DNA of 64,000 bases from Macrostomum lignano. Taxonomy: Eukaryota. The notes under the pieces were generated by a model. The model was not told where the DNA came from, searched no databases, and saw nothing but the letters and a program-made list of their open reading frames with translations. Shown here in pieces: positions 15,900-25,638 of this stretch. A program made the translations under genes and the position numbers. Where the stretch lies: contig NIVC01002442.1 of assembly GCA_002269645.1 (NCBI GenBank), positions 62,001 through 126,000 on the forward strand. The letters are read 5' to 3'. The number at the start of each line of letters is the position of its first letter. The stretch's first letter is position 1.

Positions 15900-15957
15900 C
15901 CATCTATCTATCTATCTATCTATCTATCCATCTATCTATCTATCTATCTATCTATCC

Positions 15958-16004
<47 letters not shown>

Positions 16005-18305
16005 CATCTATCTATCCCCAACACTGCCATCTGCAGGCGACTAGAGGAGATGGCCAGCAGACAGACTGAGACACTCCGAAAGCTCACAAAGATGGTGCAG
16101 CAGGCGCGCCAGAAGAAGGAAGACGAGGCTGTGAAGAAGGCGGTTAACGACTACGATGAAGGTTAGCGGATTCTGAGAGAGGAGGAGAGGAGGAGAAAAA
16201 TCACGTAGGAGTCCCGGAGGAGCGCCGGAGAAGTACATTCCCATTCTAATTCCAGCCCTGGAGAAGTACATTTCCATTCTAATTCCAGCCCTGGAGAAGT
16301 ACATTCCCATTCTAATTCCAGCCCTGGAGAAGTACATTCCAATTCTAATTCCAGCCCTGGAGAAGTACATTCCCATTCTAATTCCAGCCCTGGAGAAGTA
16401 CATTCCTATTCTAATTCCAGCCCTGGAGAAGTACATTCCCATTCTAATTCCAGCCCTGGAGAAGTACATTCCCGTTCTAATTCCAGCCCTGGAGAAGTAC
16501 ATTCCCATTCTAATTCCAGCCCTGGAGAAGTACATTCCCATTCTAATTCCAGCCCTGGAGAAGTACATTCCCATTCTAATTCCAGCCCTGGAGAAGTACA
16601 TTCCCATCCTGATGCAGCAAGCCAAGATCTACTGGGATCGCGAAAATTATCCCGAAGTGGAGAAGATCTTCCGCAACTCCGTGGAGTTCTGCAACGATCA
16701 CGACTCCTGGAAGCTGAACGTGGCTCACGTGCTGTTCATGCGGGACAAGTTCAAGGAGAGCATCAGCTTCTACGAGCCCATCGTGAAGAAGCACTACGAT
16801 CACATCCTGAACGTGAGCGCTGTGGTGCTGGCCAACCTGTGCGTGGCCTACATCATGACCAGCCAGAACGAGGATGCGGAGGAGCTCATGAGGAAAATTG
16901 AGAAGGAGGAGGAAGCGGTGAGATTATCTGAGGCTTGTTGGAACTTCTGATTCTGCCTCTCCATCAATGCTTGAATCTGCCTCTCCACTCCATCAGTGCT
17001 TGAATCAGCCTCTCTGCTCCATCGGTGCTTGAATCAGCCTCTCCACTCCATCAGTGCTTGAATCTGCCTCTTCGCTTCATCAGTGCTTGAATCAGCCTCT
17101 CCGCTCCATCAGTGCTTGAATCAGCCTCTCTGCTCCATCGGTGCTTGAATCAGCCTCTCCGCTCCATCAGTGCTTGAATCTGCCTCTTCGCTTCATCAGT
17201 GCTTGAATCAGCCTCTCCGCTTCATCAGTGCTTGAATCAGCCTCTCCACTCCATCAGTGCTTAATTCTGCCTCTCGATCAGTGCTTGATTCAGCCTCTTC
17301 GCTCTCGCTCCATCAGTAATTGAATCTGCCTCTCCAACACCTCAACAGATTGCTTACGAAGACCCGGACAAGAAGATTTTCCACTCGTGCATCGTGAACC
17401 TTGTCATCGGCACCCTGTACTGCTCCAAGGGCAATTATGAGTTCGGCATCAGCCGCATAATCAAAAGCATGGAGCCGTACCAGAAGAAGCTGGGCACGGA
17501 CACCTGGTACTATGCGAAGCGCTGCTTCCTGTCGCTGCTGGAGAACATGGCCAAGCACATGATTCTGATGAAGGACGGCGTTCTGGACGATTGCTTCAAG
17601 TTTCTGGATCTCTGCGAGAGTGAGCTCTGCGAATGGCGTGTTAGAAAACCCGAACCCAACCTGAACCTAACCTGAACCCAGCCCTAACTCAACCGGAACC
17701 CAACCTGAACCCAATCTGAACCCAATCTGAACCCAATCTGAACCCAATCTGAACCCAATCTGAACCCAAACCTGAACCAAACCTGAACTAAACCTGAACC
17801 AAACCTGAACCAAACCTGAACCAAACCTGAACCAAACCTGAACCCAACCTGAACCCAACCTGAACCCAGCCCTAACTCAACCGGAACCCAATATAAACCC
17901 AATCTGAACCCAATCTGAACCCAATCTGAACCCAATCTGAACCCAATCTGAACCCAATCTAAACCCAATCTGAACCCAAACCTGAACCAAACCTGAACTA
18001 AACCTGAACCAAACCTGAACCAAACCTGAACCAAACCTGAACCAAACCTGAACCCAACCTGAACCCAACCTGAACCCAGCCCTAACTCAACCGGAACCCA
18101 ATCTAAACCCAATCTGAACCCAATCTGAACCTAATCTGAACCCAACCCGAACCCAATCCGAACCCAACCCGCAGGATACGGCAACACAGTCAAGGCCTAC
18201 GTGGAGAACCCGCTGGCGCAGAAGGAGCCGCATCCGGGCCGAAATTCGGTCACCTTCGAGGCGCGAATGCTGAAGTCGCTGCTGTTGGACCTCACAGAGA
18301 GTTGA
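13990..18305 (+). CDS. TTC30: Tetratricopeptide repeat protein 30 / IFT70 (fleer), 7 exons, ~647 aa
   Basis: Exons 13990-14277, 14363-14575, 15103-15686, 16037-16161, 16586-16917, 17349-17619, 18175-18305, GT-AG and frame-consistent (1944 nt). Hallmarks [78 protein letters not shown]. The exon 5 acceptor is ambiguous (see findings). Confidence 0.97.
14600..15063. repeat. 32-bp minisatellite (CACTATCTCCAGAGTTTCAGTAAGCCCTCCCT)n, ~14 copies, TTC30 intron 2
   Basis: Direct periodicity. Confidence 0.96.
15696..16016. repeat. (ATCA)n then (TATC)n microsatellite, TTC30 intron 3
   Basis: Direct periodicity. Confidence 0.97.
16227..16607 (+). repeat. 33-bp repeat spanning the TTC30 intron 4/exon 5 junction, ~11.5 copies
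   Basis: Unit CCCTGGAGAAGTACATTCCCATTCTAATTCCAG; terminal AG recurs every 33 nt from 16255 to 16585. Confidence 0.97.
16950..17340. repeat. 29-bp minisatellite (TGCTTGAATCAGCCTCTCCACTCCATCAG)n, TTC30 intron 5
   Basis: Direct periodicity with variant units. Confidence 0.94.
17645..18170. repeat. AACCTG/AATCTGAACCC compound repeat with a 210-bp higher-order duplication, TTC30 intron 6
   Basis: The CCCAGCCCTAACTCAACCGGAACCC marker recurs at ~210-bp spacing (~17676, ~17866-17886, ~18076). Confidence 0.9.
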
Positions 18306-19202
18306 ACTGATTTGCAAAGATTTGCAATATGCTACTGTAAGCAGCCCCAACCGGCTATTTTACTCATTTTACTGCCCTAAGTCAACCCACGCGTCTCATG
18401 CAATCTTTTGATATTCAACTTTTGATTTTAATTTATGCGCAGAAAGTGCAAGCAATTATTTTATTTATTTATGGGTGTCATGTTCACTGTTTAAGCAGAT
18501 TTCAATTATATTTATTTGATTAAATTGTTGTTGTGAGTCGATGTTTAGCTTCTCCTTTATAGTCTTCTATGTGGCACTCAGACTGGTGGAAGTCAGTGAG
18601 GCTGGACTAGGACTTATGCCGAAAGTACTTTGTAACCTTCAAAGACTCACTGATGCAGCGTCATCGCACAGGGTGCACACAGGCCCTGACGTATTGACGA
18701 CTAAACATCGGTCCAAATTCGTTTTGACAATTTCTGCATGTACTTTCACACCAGCTGCGAGTTGCCACATCTTGTATGCCTAAGCACAATCGTAGTTCGA
18801 ACTATCTTTTTAGCACTTCTTGTAGGGCCAAGAAGAAGGCCCAGATGTCACTGATTAGAAGCTGTTAGCTGACAACATACAGGTTGTTTCAACCGTCCTT
18901 GCTGCGTATTATCTCTTCTTCTGTGGTTGAATTTCACTCCTTTACAATTCCTGTACAATCGTTTCCTGTAATTTCAGGTGTTCACTAGCTTATACCAGCT
19001 TATATTGTGCATATCCGGCTGATGCAAGCGCATCGCCAAACATTTATGCTAAAAACAGTTTTCTATGCAATACTTAAAGAACTATTCTGAAGTGAAAACA
19101 GATTTTTTGAATTAATAAATACTGTCTTGTGGCTCCTAATTAATCTGCAGTTTTCAAAACAATTGTGCCCTGAGTCAACCTGAATTGAAATCTGAAGCAG
19201 TC

Positions 19203-19361
19203 GCACAGCCCTTAGCCAAACAAATGGAGTGCACTGGAGGATAGACAGGTGCGCACAGCACTTAGCCAAACAAATGGAGTGCACTGGAGGATAGACAGGT
19301 GCGCACAGCCCTTAGCCAAACAAATGGAGTGCACTGGAGGATAGACAGGTGCGCACAGCCC
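19203..19361. repeat. 50-bp tandem repeat, 3 copies
   Basis: CTTAGCCAAACAAATGGAGTGCACTGGAGGATAGACAGGTGCGCACAGC at 19211, 19261 and 19311 (start). Confidence 0.92.
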
Positions 19362-19723
19362 AGAGCGCTGGAGCTCACTAGAAAACTCTGCATGCTTCCC
19401 TTGACGAGTTTAAAGTGCTTTGAGAAGTGTTGTGACGTTTGGAAGACTTTTCCTGACTCGTATCAAAGTTAAAAATAAAGGCTGAAACCTTAAAACATGC
19501 AAACAAAGTTGCAAGAATTTGGATACTTAAGCCAGAAAGTTCTACTTTCTGAGTTAAATATAGCCAGTCTCAATAGCAAAATATATTGTAGTCTTACAGC
19601 GTATTTCACAGATCGAAGTCCCAGTTGATTGCATAGAGGTTAATCGCGCAGAGGTACAAATTGAAAGGTATTGTGCTACAAGTTAATGTTCGAAATCAAT
19701 GTCAAGAACAATCAATCTCAACT

Positions 19724-20878
19724 CTATTTCGAACCGCAGTTGAAGACCAGAACTTCAAAAGAGTCCAGAGCTCGCTCCTCTCCGCCATACGGTACGTAGG
19801 CCCTGTTGTGGCCTAAGACGGCCTTGCCGGTGCACACTTCTCCGTTACACTGCAAGAGAAAAGTGCAACTTTATATCAGATATATTGTAGCCATTGTGTA
19901 GCGGCTTTGCCTGTGCGATACAATTTAACTGACTGGAAATGTTGCAAATTGTGTAACCAGCAAGGACAATTTTAAAACGTTAGTTTCTAGTGGTCCTTGT
20001 AAATCAGAATGCGGAATTTCGTGTTTTTAAACCAGGTGTCACAATTTCAGTCAGATGTCACAGTTTCAGTCAGGTGTCACTGTTTCAGTCAGATGCCACA
20101 GTTTCAGTCAGATGTCACAGTTTCAGTCAGATATCACAGTTTCTGTCAGATGCTGCAGTTTTAGTCAGATGTCACAGTTTCAGTCAGATGCTGATGCTAC
20201 ACACACACACACACACACACCATTTTACAGCTGGGTGAACCGAAGCAATGCAGAGTTAAGTGTGTCTTACTCCATGACACAAATTGTTCCCAAAGCGTCG
20301 AGAATCGAACCCCGGACCTCTGAGTCTGGTTTCTCCCTCAGTTCGACCCTCTAGGCTACAACCCCTCGCAGAAGTACATGTATATAGTACTTTGGCACCC
20401 TCAGGACACTGACGCCCCCTCAATGACGCGCCCCTCCCGATGCATATCCTGGCTCCGCCCCTGAATAAGCCCATAATTGCATGATTAATTTAGCGTGCAA
20501 TAAACCACAGCTGCTTACCTTGCCCCTGACCACGAACAGCGGGCTGCCTCTGTCGCTCCCTGCTACCAGCGCCCGCTGGGGCAGGACTCCGTCTCTGACG
20601 GGTGCCCAGGTAAAACCAATGCCAAATCGATCAGTGCAAGAGTGCACCAGGACCTGATAGCTCTGCACCGGCAGCTCTCTGCCGCCGAACGAGATGTACG
20701 CACAGGCCTGGCCCCTGACCAGCTTGCCGGGCACCCATTCTCCTTTGTGCTCAGCTCTGATCACGTAGCACTCGCCTCCCGCATCCGCAGCGTTGTCTGG
20801 AATTTCGCTGCCCGAAGCTGGTCGCCAGCTAAGGCAGAGCTCTACGCCAACGGTGGTTCCGAAGGTCACGTCGCTCAT
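19724..20878 (-). CDS. DM9-repeat protein (flatworm DM9-1 / natterin-like DM9 lectin domain), 2 exons, 161 aa
   Basis: Exon 20519-20878 (MSDVTFGTTVGVELCLSWRPASGSEIPDNAADAG...GEWVPGKLV...AYISFGGRELPVQSYQVLV...) joins in phase 0 to exon 19724-19849 (CNGEVCTGKAVLGHNRAYVPYGGEERALDSFEVLVFNCGSK*). Two DM9 repeats (W..A..G.iP..A..aG...Y.ar...G...pGK.......Y..yGG.E.....yEVL). Confidence 0.88.
20033..20220. repeat. 19-bp minisatellite (TCAGATGTCACAGTTTCAG)n followed by (CA)n, DM9 intron
   Basis: Direct periodicity. Confidence 0.9.
20200..20361 (-). mobile_element. tRNA-derived SINE with a CORE-like central domain and microsatellite tail
   Basis: Minus strand: A box TAGCCTAGAGGG (20347-58), B box GGTTCGATTC (20302-11), then GAGTAAGACACACTTAACTC...CCCAGCTGTAAAATGG resembling CORE (GGGCAAGTCACTTAAC...CTGTAAAATGG), ending in (TG)n. 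Confidence 0.55.
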
Positions 20879-21399
20879 GGCTGAACTTAATCGGGTTCGT
20901 TCGTTAGTCACAGCTGTCGCAACGAAAGTAGTGTTGGAGGGCAGTTTGTGCAAGGCCGAAGGCTTTATATAATGTTGGCGTGGCCAAATTTAGACCTTCG
21001 TAATTGTGAAATTTGTTTACAAGTAAAACTTGTATTTGTAAGGCTATCTGATCACTTAAAATATGCCATTTTGCATAATTTTGCTTGCTGTCACCAAAAC
21101 GCTCAACATGGACCCAATGTTGAAACCCACTCTCGTACAGCGCGCAATACGTAACCGGAAAATATGATGTAAGAATGACGTCTTTTACTTCAAGAAATGA
21201 CTTATTCTACTAATATTTTGTCAAGAAATGTTTCTGTAACAGGAATACCTGGCCAGGGGCGTCATCACCGGGGGGGGGGGGCATGTCCCCCCAGTAAAAG
21301 CAATGCGGGAAAATACCAATGCTTTGTCCCCCACCCCTTCTAGTTGTCCTGTAATGGAAATCAATAATTTTGCTTCAGGGCAACAAAACATAGCGCCTG

Positions 21400-21710
21400 C
21401 ATCACCAAAATGAGTGCCTCTGGCGCTAAAATGGTGACTTTGGCGCTAAAATGGTGCATGCGGCGCCAAAATGGTACCTATGGCGCTAAAATGGTGCCTT
21501 TGGCGCTAAAATGATGCCATTGGCGCTAAAATAGTGCGTGAAGCGCTAAAATGGTGCCTGCGGCGCTAAAATGGTGCCTGCGGCGCTAAAATGGTGCCTG
21601 TGGCATTAAAATGGTGCATGCGGCGCTAAAATGGTGCCTTTGGCGCTAAAATGATGCCATTGGCGCTAAAATAGTGCGTGAAGCGCTAAAATGGTGCCTG
21701 CGGCGCCAAA
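21400..21710. repeat. 20-bp minisatellite (TGGCGCTAAAATGGTGCCTT)n with a 140-bp higher-order repeat
   Basis: Direct periodicity; variant block 21481-21560 recurs at 21621-21700. Confidence 0.93.
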
Positions 21711-21799
21711 TGATCAATGACAACACATGTAGAATTCTCGGCTTTGTCCTCCCACCATAAAATCCATAGCGATACCCCTGTACCTGGCTATTCCAGAAA

Positions 21800-22140
21800 A
21801 TCGAGGAGGTGCACCGCAAGTCGTGTCTCGCTCCGTTTGGCGTGTTCCACCGGGTCACTGAAGACATCACAGTCGGTGGAGTTCGTCTGAAGGCTGACAG
21901 CATCTGCGCCTTCAACGTGTACTCGATCCACCACGACCCCGAGCTGCTCCCGGAGCCGCAGCGCTTCCTGCCCGAGCGGCATCTGAAGGACGGACAGTTC
22001 GCGCCGTGTCCCCACCTGGCCACCTTCCCGAGCTGTTCATCTTCTTCACGGCTCTGATGCAGCTGTATACAGCATACAGCAGGACGCTGTGGCACCTGAC
22101 GGAGGATCCGGAGTTCTCGAAAGGAACGCTCTTGAGGGCT
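21800..22140 (+). pseudogene. 3' fragment duplicate of the downstream P450, lacking the heme-binding motif
   Basis: 21800-22027 equals 23941-24168 with 2 mismatches. The 45 nt encoding GLGKRACLGESLARM are replaced by CC (frameshift). A second rearranged patch follows. Confidence 0.92.
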
Positions 22141-22869
22141 TAAAGAAACACCTGGACAAAATCTCGTTATCTCGCTGGTTGTTAAACTTTTTCATTCTTG
22201 GAGTCTGCCTTCGTAGAGTAGAGTCTGCTTCATCTGACACGCGAGAGTGATTCCACTTTTTATGTACTTTTAACATATTATATTTTTAATTTTAATTTCA
22301 CTCCATGTGACATGAGGCGCAGTTTTTGCCTCCAAAGTCAATTTTAAGAATTGTTTCTACAAGGAACTTATAAAACTCTGTTTTGTTAAATTTTTAGATC
22401 ATTTTGGCAAGCATTAGCGCCAATAACGAGCAAATTGCTATTGTTAAAGTGACATGCAAGGTCAGTTAAAGTGTCTTCAAACTGCTTGGCGAGCAACGCA
22501 ATTCGTCCCCGCATCTCAGAGTGGTTTTTGAATACGCAACAGCCTGTCCTTCTGGGGCACAAAAAATGACACGATACTTATTTTAGCACCGACCAGTTGA
22601 GCTCGAATGAAAAACCTCACTACTATAAACCAATAGAGAAGAGCTGGGTGAGCAGTACCAGTGCTGCGTAACTGTGCAGACTGGCGACGACCTTCATTTG
22701 AGACTGCGGGTCTGTAACACCATGCGAAACCATCTCGGCTAGTTTGGCAAGCAAATAACTTTTAAAAGACACTTTTCTTAGCCAGAGAGCACACTGAGCA
22801 GCAAGCCCTGCATCTGTAACTGCAACAGAGATTCAAAGCTTCCAAATAAAAACACAGGCGTTCTTCTAC

Positions 22870-24378
22870 ATGGCTACAGCTACAGTAGCTCTCGCTGGAG
22901 GCGCAGTGGCGCTCGGCCTCTACTGGCTCAAGCGAAAGCTCGACGACGCTCGAGAGCCGCCGTCGGTCGGTCGCTATCCTCTGGTTGGCAGCTACTTCCA
23001 CTTGGACGAGCCGCTCTACCTGTCGATGTACGAGAAGTTCGGCACAGAGCCGATCGTTCGAGTTCACTTCGGCACCCAGTGCGTGTTCTTTTTCAACCGG
23101 TGGCCCGTCTTCAAGGAGGCAATGATTGACAACGCTGAGCAGCTGACTGGCCGGCTGCCTCAGTACCTGCTGATGCACCTTCTCGGTGACAAGGGCGGCA
23201 TAGTGCTAACAGATGGAGAAATCTGCCGGGAGTACCGAAGGTTTACATTAAAGACGCTCCGCGACTTCGGATTCGGGCGCCATGGAGCTGAGGAGATCAT
23301 CGCGATCGAGGCGGAGCACATGGTGAGCACGCTGGATGCGGCGGCTGGAGAGCCAGTGGAGACGCTGGTGGTCATGAGCACCGCCACCAGCAACGTGATC
23401 TGCCAGCTTGTGTTCGGCTCACGACTCGCCTCCGAGGATGAGCGATTTAGCGAGATGCTCAACCTATTTAGAAACCTAACCCAGAACTCGAGTTCCAATT
23501 TTAATCGCTACACTTTCATGTCAGTGATGCCGCTAGTTAAAAATATTCCGCCACTAATGGAACTGCTTTTGAAAGTCCCAAGCTCAAAGAGGGTCGTTGA
23601 GAATTTCGAAAAGCTAAGAATGTACTGTACAGAGCAGCAAGAGCGCCATATGAAAGAGATGGACAGTGTGGATCAGGCCAGGGACTACATTGAGGCCCAC
23701 CTGCTGCACCAGAGAAAACACCCCGAGCTCTTCAACGATAAACGGCTCACACTCGCGGTCAGCGACTTGTTCGTGGCTGGAACGGACACCACCGCCAACT
23801 CGCTCCGGTGGGCCATTCTCTACATGATTGGAAACCCCGACATGGCCGAGAAGGCGCACAAGGAGATCGTCGATGTGATCGGTCGAGACCGACTGCCCAA
23901 GATGCAGGACAAGCCGAGTCTGCACTACACCCAGGCCGTCATCGAGGAGGTGCACCGCAAGTCGTGTCTCGCTCCGTTTGGCGTGTTCCACCGGGTCACT
24001 GAAGACATCACAGTCGGTGGAGTTCGTCTGAAGGCTGACAGCATCTGCGCCTTCAACGTGTACTCGATCCACCACGACCCCGAGCTGTTCCCGGAGCCGC
24101 AGCGCTTCCTGCCCGAGCGGCATCTGAAGGATGGACAGTTCGCGCCGTGTCCCCACCTGGCCACCTTCGGTCTGGGCAAGAGAGCTTGTCTGGGAGAGAG
24201 TCTGGCCAGGATGGAGCTGTTCATCTTCTTCACGGCTCTGATGCAGCGGTACCGCTTCGGTCTGGACCCCGAGGACAGTAGGACGCTGTGGCACCTGACG
24301 GAGGATCCTGAGTTCTCGAAGGGAACGCTATTGAGAGCTCCACCGCTACATAAGATTGTTTTCACACAACGCGCTTAA
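22870..24378 (+). CDS. Cytochrome P450, CYP2 clan, intronless, 502 aa
   Basis: N-terminal anchor, proline hinge PPSVGRYPLVG, I-helix AGTDTT, ExxR (EVHR), PERH, heme motif FGLGKRACLGESLA. Confidence 0.96.
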   Translation: MATATVALAGGAVALGLYWLKRKLDDAREPPSVGRYPLVGSYFHLDEPLYLSMYEKFGTEPIVRVHFGTQCVFFFNRWPVFKEAMIDNAEQLTGRLPQYLLMHLLGDKGGIVLTDGEICREYRRFTLKTLRDFGFGRHGAEEIIAIEAEHMVSTLDAAAGEPVETLVVMSTATSNVICQLVFGSRLASEDERFSEMLNLFRNLTQNSSSNFNRYTFMSVMPLVKNIPPLMELLLKVPSSKRVVENFEKLRMYCTEQQERHMKEMDSVDQARDYIEAHLLHQRKHPELFNDKRLTLAVSDLFVAGTDTTANSLRWAILYMIGNPDMAEKAHKEIVDVIGRDRLPKMQDKPSLHYTQAVIEEVHRKSCLAPFGVFHRVTEDITVGGVRLKADSICAFNVYSIHHDPELFPEPQRFLPERHLKDGQFAPCPHLATFGLGKRACLGESLARMELFIFFTALMQRYRFGLDPEDSRTLWHLTEDPEFSKGTLLRAPPLHKIVFTQRA

Positions 24379-25092
24379 AATTCGTGACTAAAGCAAAATT
24401 TTGGGCTAAATATGAACAATGACAAGCTGTTAATTTTTTGTATTCTTTTTTTCGAAATATTTAATATTATTTTCAAGCTGTTGGAACAAGTAGCTGGAGA
24501 CAAACGACAGAATTTTGTAGAGAAAAATCTATTTTATTCTTTGTATTCTATTGAAATCTAATATTAAGAATATTTTAATGGCTTTTTACTGGCTTTCTAC
24601 ATTATTGAAAATAATTTTTGCGGTGAATTCTCTAGATTCTTGTTATAATGTCTTCAAAAAAGTTTTAGCAGCAATTTAATTTTACTATTTTCTTAGAAGA
24701 TGCCCGTTTAAACTTCAGGGTAACTATAACAGGAGATAATATTTTGCTTATTTGTTAATTTGCTTAAAAGATATCCTTTGCATGCAGTCATATTTTTCAT
24801 TTAAATTTTTAATGACTCAACTTTTTATACAATTACAGGCAATCCATTGACTATCATTATTTAACTTCTATTAATCCTATTAAGCTCGTATTTGAATGGA
24901 TTTATTTCATAGCCGATTAGTTATATTATTGTTTACATGGACCAACAACCTGTGAAATAAATTTATAAGCTGCATGTTTTCTTAACTACTCTGCAGAGTC
25001 AAATGTTTTGAAATATAAATTTCCACGCGGGTACTCCCTAAATGATTCGAAGCTTGTATTAAAAAATACCTAGATTTTCAACATTTATGGCG

Positions 25093-25140
25093 AAAACCAA
25101 CGCGTTTCAACCCACTAGGGCCGTCGTCAGGGTATATTTT
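25093..25140 (-). ncRNA. Minimal type-I hammerhead ribozyme-like motif, probably within a Penelope-like element pLTR (~25000-25250)
   Basis: Minus strand reads ATACC-CUGACGA-C-GGCCC UAGU GGGUU-GAAA-CGCGUU-GG: hammerhead core, stem II with 2 GU pairs and the ACGCGU palindrome typical of PLE hammerheads. Confidence 0.6.
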
Positions 25141-25638
25141 ATCACTGAACGAAACACTCAATATAAATAAGCAAACGATTGTACTATCTCAAGTGTCAAA
25201 TTGAAAACGGGAGGGTAACCAATGTACGAAAAACATAAAAAACTAGGGGTTGGAGTTAAGCGAGAATAATGAGAGAGAGAGAGAGAGAGAGAGAAGGCAA
25301 ACAGATGTAAAAAAACAAAATGTACGCGCAAAAAAAATAGTCAAACTCAAAACACCCTAAGAAGGTGGCCCGCACCACTATGTAGCTCTCGGTCAGAGGC
25401 CAGATATGGTGTGCAGTGCAATAAGCACGCCGCTTATCTTCTCGAGCAGCAATTTTGAGCAGCGGAGTACAGTATATCTGCAAGACCTTTGCTCAAGTAT
25501 AGACAGACTGCTCGCTTTCTACAGAGAAATTATCGGGTTGCATCGGTGGCTAAAAGCTGAACTTTTCTTTTCAATTCTTTCAGCAAATCAATATACGAGC
25601 GTGATAGGATTAAAAGTCCTACAATTCAGACTGCAGAC

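Noticed and set aside
18540-19060. Degenerate coding-like stretch after TTC30
   Set aside because: Multiple stops and no motif I could recognise.
20290-20361. A tRNA gene on the minus strand
   Set aside because: A and B boxes are present but there is no clean cloverleaf, and it continues into a CORE-like body with a (TG)n tail, so it is a SINE head.
20370-21345. MITE ends of the CAGGGGCG type (20453 and 21253)
   Set aside because: No matching partner termini or target-site duplications were found.
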